DNA of 64,000 bases, taken from NCBI GenBank assembly GCA_963754255.1, contig CAVWEW010000008.1:462757-526756 (forward strand), in the 5' to 3' direction. Shown here one piece after another: positions 1 to 10,629 of the stretch. Origin of the DNA: an uncultured Actinomycetota bacterium. Its GTDB lineage: Bacteria; Actinomycetota; Acidimicrobiia; Acidimicrobiales; Bog-793. The notes under the pieces were generated by a model. The model had not been told where the DNA came from. It saw only the letters and a program-made list of their open reading frames with translations, and searched no databases. Each line of letters begins with the position of its first letter. Positions within the stretch are counted from its first letter, which is position 1. Made by a program: the position numbers and the translations under genes.

Positions 1-224
1 CGCCCGGGGACGAATACATTCACCCCGAACGGCTCGGGGGTGGCAGCACGCACGGCGGCCATCTCGGTGGCCATCACCGGTGCCGTCTTGTAACCGGCGG
101 CGAGGAAGCCGAAGGCGCCCGCGCCGGCGGCGGCGATCACCAACTCCGGAGTCGAGGGTCCGCCGCCCATGGGTGCCACAACGAGAGGCCGGCGGAGCAG
201 ATCGAGGACGTTCTTCCCTGTCAT
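1..224 (-). CDS. nitronate monooxygenase (2-nitropropane dioxygenase) family protein, N-terminal fragment; the gene continues beyond the left window edge
   Basis: My reverse-strand translation from the ATG (complement of 222-224) gives MTGKNVLDLLRRPLVVAPMGGGPSTPELVIAAAGAGAFGFLAAGYKTAPVMATEMAAVRAATPEPFGVNVFVPG. The APMGGG..T.EL...AG..G.L and GVN.F pattern is typical of the NMO FMN-enzyme family. It is absent from the ORF track because the window edge truncates it. Confidence 0.6.
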   Translation of the reverse strand, partial: MTGKNVLDLLRRPLVVAPMGGGPSTPELVIAAAGAGAFGFLAAGYKTAPVMATEMAAVRAATPEPFGVNVFVPG

Positions 225-451
225 GACGGGCCTCACGTTATGTGAAGCACACAGAACCCGCCGCCGATGCTCCGGGGCAGCTGAGCGGCGCTTCGCCACC
301 CGGGCAGGGCCGTGCCCAAAGGAGGCCGGAAGATCTGGGTGGGCGAAAGGATGCATCCGCGAGGCGCCCGCATCATGCGGGCCAGATGCGACAGTGGCCA
401 GTTAGCTACTAGGAGCATGTCCTGGCATGGAGGGAGAGATAGGCTGATGAC

Positions 452-910
452 GTGGGCGCGCCACTACCCAAGGCCTCATCTGACCTGGTAGAGGAGGTTC
501 TGGCGCGGGTGCGCCGCCAGGGCGGAAGGGTGACGACAGCCCGTCGCGAGTTGCTGCACGCCCTTTTCGACGCGGGTGGTCACCGCACCGCGGAGGACCT
601 GGCGGCAGAGGTGCAGGCGCGCGCTCCGGACGTGCACATGTCGACGATCTACAGGAACCTGGACGAGCTCGAGCGCCTCGGCGTGATCGTCCACACCCAC
701 CTCGGGCACGGGCCGGCCACCTATCATCTGTCCTCGTCGCTGCACGGCCACCTGGTCTGTGACAGCTGCGGCACGACGATCGAGGCGCCGGAGGAGCTCT
801 TCGGCGACCTGTCCCGGAGCGCAGAGGCAAAGTTCGGCTTCATCATCGACCCGCGCCACTTCGCCGTCCTCGGCCGGTGCCGGGTCTGCGCGGCTGACCG
901 GGACCTTTAG
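452..910 (+). CDS. Fur-family metalloregulator (Fur/Zur/PerR type)
   Basis: 152-aa ORF. It has a winged-helix N-terminus (RVTTARRELLHALFDAG..HRTAEDL), a HTHLGHG histidine cluster and paired CxxC motifs (CDSCG ... CRVC). A GGAGGGAGAG RBS-like run lies about 13 nt upstream of GTG 452. Confidence 0.85.
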   Translation: MGAPLPKASSDLVEEVLARVRRQGGRVTTARRELLHALFDAGGHRTAEDLAAEVQARAPDVHMSTIYRNLDELERLGVIVHTHLGHGPATYHLSSSLHGHLVCDSCGTTIEAPEELFGDLSRSAEAKFGFIIDPRHFAVLGRCRVCAADRDL

Positions 911-1067
911 CAGGGCCACCGACGATGCCGGGTGTAAAGGCAGTCGCCGGCCTTGTTGTGGCGGCGGGGTTTTTCGCGCATGACTGCCTCCGCCCGGGTT
1001 CCTAGGCCCGGCATTCGGTGGTCTCAGCCCATAGGACGTCGCTGCGTTGACCGTGGCAGGATTCGAC

Positions 1068-2543
1068 ATGGGCATCCACGAGCTGGTCTTGCGCGGCGGG
1101 CGGGTGATCGACCCCGAGGCGGGATTTGACGCCATCTGTGACGTGGCGATCGACGGCGGCAAGATCACTTCTGTCAGCGCCGAGCATCTCGAGGGGACAG
1201 AGACGGTCGATGCCACCGGCCTTGTCGTCGCGCCGGGATTCATCGACCTGCACAGCCACGCCCAGACGCTGGCCGGCCGGCGGCTGCAAGCCTGCGACGG
1301 CGTGACGACCGCTCTCGACCTCGAGGCCGGCCGGACGCCAACCGCCGACGCCTATGAGGAGGACGCAGGAGAGGGTTCACCCATCAACTACGGCTTCTCG
1401 GCCTCGTGGGCGGCGGCGCGGATGCGGGTGCTCGGTGGGCTGGCTCCGGTTGCCGGGCCAAGCGGCACGCTCCGGCTCCTCGGTGACGAAAGCTGGCAGG
1501 GCCCGGCCACAAGCGAGCAGCTGTCCCTCATCCTCGACACGCTGGCGTCCGACCTGGCCGGCGGGGCGATCGGCATCGGCCTTTTGATGGGGTACGCACC
1601 TGGAGTCGATCCGGAGGAGTACCTCGCAGTAGCTCAGCTGGCTGCAGAAGCTGCGGTGCCCACCTTCACCCATTGCCGGGACCTCGTGGAGCTGTCTCCG
1701 AAGACGCGGATCGACGGGGCGGAGGAGCTCGTTCGGGCGGCCGGGGCGACGGGCGCCCATATGCACCACTGCCACATCAACAGCACGTCTGTCCGCCACA
1801 TCGATCGTGTCCTCTCCCTCGTGGAGCATTGCAGGAAAGAGGGCGGCCGAGTCTCGGTCGAGGCCTATCCCTATGGATCGGGGGCAACCGCCGTCGGGGC
1901 TGCGTTCCTGGCGCCGGACAGGCTGGCACAGCGCGGCCTCACGCCCTCCTCGCTCACCTATCTGCGGACCGGTGAGCGCCTGGCCGACGAGGCGCGCCTG
2001 CTCGAGCTGCGGGAGGTCGATCCCGGCGGCATCGTCATCCTCGACTTCCTCGACGAGTCAAAGCCGGCGGACAACGAGATGCTCCGGCGATCGCTTGCCT
2101 TCGACGGCGCCATCGTGGCAAGCGACGCCATGCCCCTTGTGAACACCTCCTCCAACGTGGCGGATCCGAATCAATGGCCACTACCGCCGGGGGTGATCAC
2201 CCACCCGAGGACAGCCGGATGCTTCTCTCGGGCGATCCGCCTCTGGCGCGAAGAGGGCAAGGCGCTCGTCGATGCGCTCGCCCGGTGCACGCTCGACGCG
2301 GCACGGGTGCTCGAGGAGAGCACACCGGCGATGCGAGCCAAGGGCCGCCTGCGCGAAGGAGCGGATGCCGATCTAGTGGTGTTCGACTACGAGGAGATCA
2401 CCGATCAAGCCACCTATGGCGACAGCGTTCGACCTTCTCGCGGCATACGCCATGTGGTAGTCGACGGCACCTTCGTCGTCCGTGATGCCAGCCTCGTCCT
2501 GGACGCCCGGCCGGGCAGGCCGATCCGGGCCGAACCGGTGTGA
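1068..2543 (+). CDS. amidohydrolase-superfamily enzyme, D-aminoacylase-like
   Basis: ORF 1047..2543. I moved the start to ATG 1068 (MGIHELVLRGGRVIDPEAG..DVAIDGGKI). The PGFIDLHSH metal-binding motif and the ~490 aa length fit N-acyl-D-amino-acid deacylase-type amidohydrolases. Confidence 0.75.
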   Translation: MGIHELVLRGGRVIDPEAGFDAICDVAIDGGKITSVSAEHLEGTETVDATGLVVAPGFIDLHSHAQTLAGRRLQACDGVTTALDLEAGRTPTADAYEEDAGEGSPINYGFSASWAAARMRVLGGLAPVAGPSGTLRLLGDESWQGPATSEQLSLILDTLASDLAGGAIGIGLLMGYAPGVDPEEYLAVAQLAAEAAVPTFTHCRDLVELSPKTRIDGAEELVRAAGATGAHMHHCHINSTSVRHIDRVLSLVEHCRKEGGRVSVEAYPYGSGATAVGAAFLAPDRLAQRGLTPSSLTYLRTGERLADEARLLELREVDPGGIVILDFLDESKPADNEMLRRSLAFDGAIVASDAMPLVNTSSNVADPNQWPLPPGVITHPRTAGCFSRAIRLWREEGKALVDALARCTLDAARVLEESTPAMRAKGRLREGADADLVVFDYEEITDQATYGDSVRPSRGIRHVVVDGTFVVRDASLVLDARPGRPIRAEPV

Positions 2544-3109
2544 GCGCGGCGGACAGGATGGAGGCGATGGGCATGTTCGACCTGGGCGGTCTCTCCAGCG
2601 TGCCGGCGTCACGCCGCCCCGATCTCCTCGCCGGCCCAACCCGGGCGGCGTTGAGCAGTTCCGGTTCGCTCGATGAGGTCGGCGTGGTCGAGATAGACCC
2701 GGCTCTCTCGGACACCGCCACCACCCAAAGGGAGTTCCGGCTGCAGCCGGACGTGCTCGCCAACTGCGTGCTGGTGGGCGGCAAGCGGGAGGGGATCGAG
2801 CGTTTTGCAGCCTGTGTGGTGCTGGCGACCACCCGTGCCGACGTCAACGGAGTCGTGAGGCGATACCTCGACGTCCGCAAGGCTTCTTTTCTCTCCGCCG
2901 AACGCGCCGTCAGCCTCACCGCCATGGAGTACGGCGGGATCACGCCGATCGGGCTGCCCGAGGACTGGCCCGTGCTGCTAGATCGTCGCGTTGTCGAGAC
3001 AGAGACGGTCGTCATCGGCTCGGGGGTGCGCCGCTCGAAGATTCTGATTCCGGGGAGGCTGCTGGCCGAGTTGGCCTCCGCAGAGGTCATTGACGGGCTC
3101 GCCGCCTAG
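2540..3109 (+). CDS. YbaK/ProX-like aminoacyl-tRNA deacylase domain protein
   Basis: 189-aa ORF with a GTGA start/stop overlap with the upstream gene. The C-terminal half (CVLVGGKREG..FAACVVLATTRADVNGV...AMEYGGITPIGLP...VVIGSGVRRSKILI) resembles the YbaK/EbsC editing-domain fold. Confidence 0.6.
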   Translation: MSAADRMEAMGMFDLGGLSSVPASRRPDLLAGPTRAALSSSGSLDEVGVVEIDPALSDTATTQREFRLQPDVLANCVLVGGKREGIERFAACVVLATTRADVNGVVRRYLDVRKASFLSAERAVSLTAMEYGGITPIGLPEDWPVLLDRRVVETETVVIGSGVRRSKILIPGRLLAELASAEVIDGLAA

Positions 3110-3206
3110 GCGGGCAGTCCGGAACCGGCCAGAGCCGGGACGTCACCCGGATCAGGCAACGCCGGGATGGTCCCTCCCGGGACGCTCAGTACGCTCCCGC
3201 GAGTGC

Positions 3207-4025
3207 CTACGGCACCGGCTGCTCGAGGATGTCCGCGATGCAGGCGTTGACGACCTCGGGCCGATGGCCGAAGGCCGAGCAATGCCCGAGCCCTTCGAGG
3301 AGGTGGAAGGTGCCCTGCGGGGCGAGCTGTGCCACCCGGCGCCCCAGCGCCGGCGGCGCCTGCACATCGTGTGAGAAGCCAACGACGTGCAGCGGCACCG
3401 CGCAGCCCGGAAGGCGCTTGACCGAGTCGTAGTCGATGCAGCCCTGCCATTGGGCGGCGAGCTCACCACCTGTCCGTTTGCCATAGGCACGGGACACGAT
3501 CGGCCGGACCTTGCTCCACAGCTCAGGGTCTCCGAGGACCTCGCTCGGGTACATGAACACGCCGTAGTGCGTGATGGCGAAGTCCTCCGGCAGGTCCCCT
3601 CCGCCCCGCCGGAGCTCCACCTCCGCCGTCATCCATTCCGCCAGGTAGCCGTCGGCTTTGGCGGACGTTCCCATGGCGATCCCGCACCGGACGAGCTCTG
3701 GGTACGACAGGCAGAGCTCCTGCACTATGAGCGAGCCCATGGACAGGCCCACCACGTTGACGGGTGGGGCGCACACGGCCCGGATGATGGCCGCCGCATC
3801 GGCCGCGTGGGCCTCGATCGTCCAGTTGGAAGAAGGGGGCGCCGTGGTCTGTCCGATGCCTCTCGGATCGTAGGTGGTGTTGCGGTACTTTCCGGTGAAA
3901 TGTGGGATCTGGTACTCGTGCCAGTCACTGCCCGGCTGGTCCCCACCGGGGATCCACAGGATGTCCGGTCCAGCGCCGAACTGCTCGTGCCAGATGGTCA
4001 CGTCGCCGGCCTGCAGGTGGGCCAT
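3207..4025 (-). CDS. alpha/beta-fold hydrolase
   Basis: 272-aa ORF with a GGAGGA RBS upstream of ATG 4025. It has the GLSMGS nucleophile elbow and a C-terminal GHC..FGH histidine region. Confidence 0.85.
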   Translation of the reverse strand: MAHLQAGDVTIWHEQFGAGPDILWIPGGDQPGSDWHEYQIPHFTGKYRNTTYDPRGIGQTTAPPSSNWTIEAHAADAAAIIRAVCAPPVNVVGLSMGSLIVQELCLSYPELVRCGIAMGTSAKADGYLAEWMTAEVELRRGGGDLPEDFAITHYGVFMYPSEVLGDPELWSKVRPIVSRAYGKRTGGELAAQWQGCIDYDSVKRLPGCAVPLHVVGFSHDVQAPPALGRRVAQLAPQGTFHLLEGLGHCSAFGHRPEVVNACIADILEQPVP

Positions 4026-4152
4026 CGTTCCTCCTTCGCCTCGCTGTCATAGGTTTGCTCCACCGCGTCTGCATCGATGCCCGCGGCGCCAGGGAACCGG
4101 CCCTTGGCGGATGTGCTCGCGCCAGGTCGGTCGACGGCGCCCGGCACTCCAC

Positions 4153-6184
4153 CTACACGAGGTCCCGGGGCACGCTCAGGGTGGACGCAGACACGTAGAC
4201 GCGCGCCTCGCCCTCGTAGGCTTCGAGCACATTGGAGAGGTGGAAGGCGTCGGCCGTGGACGTCATTGTGCTCAAGGTGTGAACCCGTGTCTGCCAGTCA
4301 CCGCGTCCCACGACGATGTCCCGCTCGCAACGGTTGAGGCCAGAGAGCGGGTCGCCGTCGAAGATCCGGAAGAAGTCCACCTGCCAATAGCCGTACTCGA
4401 GCCCGTCGTCGAGGAGCCGAACCTTCCCCTCGTCGCTCCACTCGTCGTTCTCCACCCGACCGCTGCCAACGTCGAGCCGGATCTCCCGGCGGGTGTCCTC
4501 GCTTCGAAGCACGGCGTGCGCAGGTGCGGGCGCCTCTTCGGGCTCGAAGAAGTGGGCCGGCGGCTCGTGCGAGGGGAATCCTCCCGTGAGCGACGGGCAG
4601 CTCTAGTCGGGATTGGGAGCCCGTGTGCACGCTCAGCCGCACCCGCTGTGGGGAGGGCCAGATCCACGGCCAGTACGACGTCGAAACGGCGAGGCGCAGC
4701 CTGTGGCCGGCCGGCACCGAGCAGGCGATCGAGTTGAGCTTCACCTCCACCGTGTACCGCTGTCCGGGCACGAGTTCCTCGAGCTCCTCGTGACCGGACC
4801 GGTGCGTGAGGTTGAGAAAGCCACGGGTGATGAGACGCGAGGCACCGTCGGGCCAGACGTCACAGAGCCGCACGGCCAGCAGAGCCAGTGGACGGTCCAC
4901 GGAGATCTCCAGGCGGGCAACGGGAAAGCCGAGGACTTCCATGCCTTTTACGAGGGGAGGCGTGTCGAAGCACAATGACTGCCCGTCCGCAGCACGCTGA
5001 TCGCCTGCCTGGTCGATAGGGCCGCCCAGGCCGCCCCAGTTGCCCGGGTCCGACAGCAGGGCCTCAGGGGATGAGACCTGCAGCTCGGCCTCGGGGCCGG
5101 GCTCGCCGCCGAGGACCCCGGGGCCGGCCAGCACGTGAGCTTCATTCTCGACCGGGGCGGCCGGCCAGCCATCGAGCGCAACCCAACGGCCCGGCCATGC
5201 GCCCGGCGGCACCGATCGCACGGCGTCGGGCACGTAGACCCGCAGCTTGGGCTCGTCCATGATTCCGTTCTCGGTGCCCTTGAGCCACCGGTCCCACCAG
5301 CGCACCGCCTCCTGAAGAAACCCGATGGCCGGCCCCGGCACGCCGTTCTCCGGGTACACGTGTGCCCACGGCCCGATGATCCCTTTGCACGGCCCGGGGT
5401 AGCCCGCCAGGAACCGCAGGATGGCGTTCCGGTAGGCGTCCGCCCATCCGCCCACCATGTACACGGGGCACTTTATGGCCGAGAAGTCCTCACAGACCGA
5501 TCCCTGCTTCCAGAACTCGTCTCGGCGCTGGTGGCGGACCCACTCCTCCAGGAAGGGGGGTGTGGCCCGCATGCGCTCGAGCCATTGCTCCCGCCACTTG
5601 TCGCCCACGACATCGGGGTCCGGCGGGCCGGCGTTGTAGGCAAGCATCGTGGAGGCCCAGGACAGCTGAGTTGCCGAGAGCATGCAGCCGCCCATGTAGT
5701 GAACGTCGTCCGCGTATCGGTCGTCGGTCGAGGCGACGCTGATCACCGCCCCCAGCTCCGGCGGGGCGTGGGAGGCGATCTGCAAGCCGTTGAACCCGCC
5801 CCAGGACTTGCCGATGATTCCGACCTTGCCGGTGCACCAGGGTTGGGCGGCTAGCCACCCCATGGCGTCGAGCCCGTCGGACTGCTCCTGGGGCAGGTAC
5901 TCGTCAAGCATGACACCGTCAGAGTCTCCGGATCCCCGGAGGTCGACGCGGACGGACGCATAGCCGTTTCCTGCGAAGTAGGCGTGGATCGGCGCATCCC
6001 GGAGGGCCAGGGCGTCGTTCTTGCGGTAGGGGATGTACTCCATCACCGCCGGGACAGGGTCCTCGTCTGCGTCCTCTGGCAGCCAGATGCGGGCGGCGAG
6101 GCGCGACCCGTCGGACATGGGGACCCAGGTGTGGCGAATGACGCGGACGTGTCGGGGAAAGTCGGTCCGGATCCGTGTGTTCAT
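4153..6184 (-). pseudogene. CocE/NonD-family (X-Pro dipeptidyl-peptidase S15-like) hydrolase with one apparent frameshift near 4590-4596
   Basis: ORF 4298..6184 is collinear with the paralog at 8490..10508 (IWLPEDA..PVPAVMEYIPYRKND, RGSGDSDG, GKSWGGFNGLQ) up to ..RLELP, then turns into Arg-rich nonsense. The conserved C-terminus (..FFEPEE...GRGDWQTRV...VPRDLV) continues in ORF 4153..4512 and its open upstream extension. The total length is 2032 nt, which is not a multiple of 3. Confidence 0.8.
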
Positions 6185-6352
6185 GATCTTGGTGCCTTTC
6201 GGGAGGGCAAACCGGCAGCTGCCCGGTGGCTGATGGGCGGCCTCGCCTGTCGAGCCGACCGTAGTGCGCCCCGGCGCGTCCTGGCCAAGTTCTTACAGTT
6301 CGCCAAAGCCCGGGAGCAGTAGGGGAGGTCCGAGCGAGGGGCGGTCCGAGCG

Positions 6353-6603
6353 AGTCGTCTGATCGTCAGCCGTCGATGGAGGATCAAGCCTTCGCCGTCG
6401 GCGGTAACCGGGCCGTCGGGCTCGTGGAGGACTGTGCTCCACAGCCGGCTCGAATCGCCGCCGGTTCCCGCAGCGGCCGCCATCATCGGCATGGTGTGTA
6501 TCTGCGAACTGGACAGCTTCATCGGGTCGGCGCCGTACGTCGAAGTGTCTGTGGACCCGCTCAACGGCACGTTCCTTCCCTGGAACACGAGCTACAGCTG
6601 ACG
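6353..6603 (+). pseudogene. remnant of a paralogous family-5 solute-binding protein gene (5' ~140 bp fused to 3' ~110 bp, interior deleted)
   Basis: 6353-6493 aligns at the nucleotide level with 6758-6899, the start of the intact SBP gene. 6488-6603 aligns with 8352-8468, its end including the stop. The junction falls on a shared GGCATG. Small indels break the frame. Confidence 0.8.
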
Positions 6604-6755
6604 TCGACGACGACATTTGCACCTGAGACGCCGGCAGGCTCGATGCGCCGAGCGGCCGGACCGGCTCGGCGGGGTTGATGGCACGCCTGCCGCGAGAGCT
6701 CCGAGTTGGCTAACGTTCGCGATGCCCGGACAGAACGAGGTGGAGGTGGGACCGA

Positions 6756-8465
6756 ATGTCACCGTCTGATGGTCAGCCGTCAGTGCAGGATCAAGCCTTC
6801 GCCGTCGGCGGTAGCCAGGCCGTCGGGCTCGTGGAGGACTTGCTCCACAGCCGGCTCGATCGCCGCCGGTTCTTGCAGCGGGCCGCCCTCATCGGCATGT
6901 CGGGCGCCTCGGCGAGCGCACTGTTGGCCGCCTGCGGCTCTTCGACGTCGCCGAAGGCGAGCAACTCGACGGCCCCGTCGGCGGCGCCGACGAAGACGCT
7001 CTCCTGGCGCCCGCTCGCCGACGTGAAGAACGTCGATCCCTCGCTCCTACCGGGTCTCGAGGACCCCACCTATGCGCAGATTTTCTTCGAGGGCCTCATC
7101 ACCAGTGCGCCCGGCACGGGCCGGCAGGTGAACTGCCTCGCCGAAACCTTCGAAGCGTCGAAGGACGGACTCCAATTCCACTTCACGCTCAAGCCGGGCA
7201 TCCCGTGGCAGAAGGGCTACGGCGAGGTGCAGGCGAGCGACGTCAAGTACTCCTACGAACGCATCGCCGGCTTGACCAAGCCGAACCTGCACTCCCCGTA
7301 CCAAGGTGATTGGGCCGCGCTGGACAGCGTCCGCGTCGACGGGAAGTACCAGGGGACGATCCTCATGAAGGAGGTCTTCGCCCCCACGATGACATCGACG
7401 CTCCGCAGCGGCAGCGGCCTCGTGGTGCCGGAGAAGGCAGTCGAGAAGCTCGGAAAGAACTTTGGGACGAACCCGGTCGGGTCCGGGCCTTACGAGTGGA
7501 CGTCCTGGATACCGGGACAGAAGCTCGTGATGGAGAAGTTCTCCGCCTACGGGGGGGCCAACAAGGCGTATGCGAACAAGGCCTTGTTCGAGCAGATCGA
7601 GGCCAACCCGATCGTGAACGACGACACCGCCTACACGGCCCTTCAGTCCGGTGCTCTCAACTTGTGCGAGCTGGGCTCCTCGACCGTGCAGCAGGCCAGG
7701 TCGAACTCGAGCATCAAGGTGACTTCTCTTTTCTCAGGTAACTACTACTGGCTGGCGATGAACGTGACCGAGCCTCCGCTCAACAACATCTGGCTGCGCA
7801 AGGCGATCCGGTCCGCCATAGACGTGCCCGGCATCATCAAGGCCGCCTATCACGGCATCTATACCCGTATCAACTCCATCCTCCCGAAGACGATGCCGAT
7901 CGGCTACTGGGCCGGTGCGCCCCAGTACAACCAGGACATCCCCCTCGCCAAGTCATATCTCGCAAAGAGCCGGCTCACGAACGTCACGCTGACGCTGACT
8001 GTCGACAACGTCCAAGATGACGTGGCGGCGGCCCAGATAATCGCCGCCAACCTGTCCCAGATCGGGATCAAGGTGAACGTGGCGCCGGTCGATCCGGCCA
8101 CGATGTCGAACATCCCGGGACCGGGTGGCGGTGGGCCGCATGCACAGCTCGTGTACTACTACTACGGCGGAACGCTCGACCCGAACCTGTGGTTCGAATG
8201 GTGGACCTGTCCCCAAGTCGGCCAGTGGAACTGGGACCACTGGTGCAACAAGGAGTTCACCTCGCTCACGAACGAGGCTCTTCATACCTACGACATCACC
8301 GAGCGGACGAAGCTCTACATCGAGGCACAAAAGTTGTGGGACGCCGAAGCGGGCATGGTGTGGATTTGCGAATCGGATAGCTTCATCGGAACCGCCCCCT
8401 ACGTTGATGTCTCCCTCAATCCGGCCAACGGGTCGTTCATCCCCTGGAACACGACCTACAGCTGA
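6756..8465 (+). CDS. ABC transporter substrate-binding lipoprotein, family 5 (peptide/nickel/opine type), Tat-type signal
   Basis: 569-aa ORF with a GGAGGTGGG RBS before ATG 6756. It has a twin-arginine motif and lipobox (RLDRRRFLQRAALIGMSGASASALLAACGSS). The body is collinear with DppA/OppA-like SBPs. Confidence 0.85.
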   Translation: MSPSDGQPSVQDQAFAVGGSQAVGLVEDLLHSRLDRRRFLQRAALIGMSGASASALLAACGSSTSPKASNSTAPSAAPTKTLSWRPLADVKNVDPSLLPGLEDPTYAQIFFEGLITSAPGTGRQVNCLAETFEASKDGLQFHFTLKPGIPWQKGYGEVQASDVKYSYERIAGLTKPNLHSPYQGDWAALDSVRVDGKYQGTILMKEVFAPTMTSTLRSGSGLVVPEKAVEKLGKNFGTNPVGSGPYEWTSWIPGQKLVMEKFSAYGGANKAYANKALFEQIEANPIVNDDTAYTALQSGALNLCELGSSTVQQARSNSSIKVTSLFSGNYYWLAMNVTEPPLNNIWLRKAIRSAIDVPGIIKAAYHGIYTRINSILPKTMPIGYWAGAPQYNQDIPLAKSYLAKSRLTNVTLTLTVDNVQDDVAAAQIIAANLSQIGIKVNVAPVDPATMSNIPGPGGGGPHAQLVYYYYGGTLDPNLWFEWWTCPQVGQWNWDHWCNKEFTSLTNEALHTYDITERTKLYIEAQKLWDAEAGMVWICESDSFIGTAPYVDVSLNPANGSFIPWNTTYS

Positions 8466-8489
8466 CGCCACAGGACGTCGCATCGGGGC

Positions 8490-10508
8490 CTACATGTGGT
8501 CGCGGGGGATGTCGAACGACCATTCGCGGTCGAAGAAGCAATCGTCGCGCTCGAATGCCCGCAGCGCGGCGTGGTAATGCAGATGAGTCGAGTCCGACGT
8601 GAGCTCGTTCTCGGCTACGAGCCTGGTAGCCCAGTCGCCTCGGGCGAGTCCCACCGTTCTCTCGGTCCGGAAGCGGGCCGACAACGGGTCGCCCTCGCAG
8701 ATCGAATGAGATGAGCCGCCACCTTGCTCCATCTCGAGACCGTCAGGAAGCCGGACGAGCGGTCCGGCGTTGCGGTCGACGACCTCGATAGTGCCGGTGA
8801 GGGGATACCTCGTGAGGGTGTGCTCCTTGGACGGTTGGCTCAGCACCTCGGTCTCGATCTTGCGGGCGATCTCCGGCGCCTCGAAGGACCGCAACCCGGC
8901 ATCGAGCGGGCTCGGGCCGCGAAGCGGCAGCTCGATCCAACTCGTCCCCGACGCCACGGTAAGGGTGACGGGTTCCGGCGAGGGCCACGCCCAGGGGAAG
9001 TAGGTGGGCGAGACTGCCACGCGCAGGCGGTGACCGGCTGGGACGACCTGGCCGATCGTCTGCAGGAGGACCGAGGCTGTAGCCCGCTCCCCGGGCACGA
9101 GGGGCTCGGGATGTTCGTGACTTTCCCGGTGGGCCAGGTTGAGCAGGCCTCGCGTGATGAGAGTGGATTCTCCGGTCTCGGACACGTCGCACAGGCGCAC
9201 GACAACGAGGGCTTGAGGACGATCGCAGACGAACTCGAGGTGGGCGAGCGGGTGGCCGAGGATCTCGAGCGGCTCAGCGAGTGGGCCGGAGGTGAATGAG
9301 AGGGAGAGGCCGTCCTCGGCCCGTTGGTCCGGGGGGGCGTCGAGGGGGCCCCCGAATGCACACCAGGCCCCTGCGTCGTGGCCGGCCGCCTCAGAACCGC
9401 GGAAGGAGACGAGCCGTTCCTCCCCCGCATCGTCCTCGAGCCCCGCGTCGTTCAGGTACATCCTGCGCCGCGCGATGTTCGGAGAGGGCCACGAGGGCTC
9501 GGCGCCCCATCTGCCGGGGCGCTCGGCGTAGTGGGTAGCCGGGGGGACCGGTTCCTGTATCCAGACCCGCATCATCGGCTCGTCCATGATCCCGGTGTCT
9601 TCGTCCTTCAGCCAGTGGTCGTAGAAGCGGATGCACTCCTGCAGGAAGCCGATGTGAGGGCCAGGCTCGTAGGGCTCCATGGCATATTGGTGCGACCAGG
9701 GCCCGATGAGCGCCTTCTTCGGGCACGAGAGCCCCTCCATGAGCCGGAAGACCGGATCCCGGTACCCGTCGCACCAGCCGCCGACGGCATAGACGGCGCA
9801 GGTGATGTCGGCGAAATTCTCGATGACCGAGCCGTGCTTCCAGAAGTCGTCGCGCCGCTGGTGGGTGAGCCAGGTGTGGATCTGGGGGTGGAAGGCGTCG
9901 AGGCGTTCCTGCCACATCTTCTTCCAGTCGTCGCCGACCGACTTCGGGTCGGGAGGCAACGTGGCCACCGTGTGCATGTTCGTGCCCCAGCCGAGCATCG
10001 GCCCGGTCAGTAGGCAGCCGCCCATGTAGTGGGCGTCGTCTGCATAGCGGTCGTCGGTCGAGTAGACCGTGATGACCGCTTTGAGGGCCGGCGGACGGCG
10101 AGCAGCGACCTGCAGGCCGTTGAACCCACTCCACGACTTGCCGATCATCCCCACGCTGCCGCTGCACCAGGACTGCGCAGCGATCCAGGCGATCGCCTCT
10201 AGGGCGTCGTCCTGTTCCTGCAGGACGTACTCGTCGGTGAGCACCCCCTCGGAGTCACCGCTCCCGCGGATGTCGAGACGCACGCCGGCGTACCCGTGGG
10301 CGGCGAAGTAGCCGAAACGGCCCTGGTCGTTGACGGCGAACATGTCGTTCTTGCGATAGGGGATGTATTCGAGGATCGCCGGAACCGGATGGTCCTCGGC
10401 GCCATCCGGTATCCAGATGCGGGCGCCGAGCCGGGTGCCGTCCGAGAGGGGGATGGGCACGTGATCGAGCCGGTGGAAACTTCCTGGGCCATCGATGACA
10501 CTCACCAT
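8490..10508 (-). CDS. CocE/NonD-family hydrolase (intact paralog)
   Basis: ORF 8490..10712. I moved the start to ATG 10508 (MVSVIDGPGSFHRLDHVPIPLSDGTRLGARIWIP), because the upstream 68 codons are Ser/Arg-rich and have no counterpart in the paralog. It carries EYIPYRKND, RGSGDSEG and GKSWSGFNGLQ motifs. Confidence 0.85.
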   Translation of the reverse strand: MVSVIDGPGSFHRLDHVPIPLSDGTRLGARIWIPDGAEDHPVPAILEYIPYRKNDMFAVNDQGRFGYFAAHGYAGVRLDIRGSGDSEGVLTDEYVLQEQDDALEAIAWIAAQSWCSGSVGMIGKSWSGFNGLQVAARRPPALKAVITVYSTDDRYADDAHYMGGCLLTGPMLGWGTNMHTVATLPPDPKSVGDDWKKMWQERLDAFHPQIHTWLTHQRRDDFWKHGSVIENFADITCAVYAVGGWCDGYRDPVFRLMEGLSCPKKALIGPWSHQYAMEPYEPGPHIGFLQECIRFYDHWLKDEDTGIMDEPMMRVWIQEPVPPATHYAERPGRWGAEPSWPSPNIARRRMYLNDAGLEDDAGEERLVSFRGSEAAGHDAGAWCAFGGPLDAPPDQRAEDGLSLSFTSGPLAEPLEILGHPLAHLEFVCDRPQALVVVRLCDVSETGESTLITRGLLNLAHRESHEHPEPLVPGERATASVLLQTIGQVVPAGHRLRVAVSPTYFPWAWPSPEPVTLTVASGTSWIELPLRGPSPLDAGLRSFEAPEIARKIETEVLSQPSKEHTLTRYPLTGTIEVVDRNAGPLVRLPDGLEMEQGGGSSHSICEGDPLSARFRTERTVGLARGDWATRLVAENELTSDSTHLHYHAALRAFERDDCFFDREWSFDIPRDHM

Positions 10509-10629
10509 GTTGACATCATGGCCTGCCGAGCAGGAAGTCTGCAGCTCGGCCACCGGAGCCTGCGGGCGAGTCGTCGGCAGGCCGGTCGAGCAGGCACCTG
10601 ACGCGGCTCGTGGAGTGCAACTCGCGGCC

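Noticed and set aside
941-976. A possible intrinsic terminator after the Fur-family gene (CGCCG...CGGCG followed by GGGTTTTT).
   Set aside because: The stem is only 5-6 bp with a 12-nt loop, which is too weak to call by eye.
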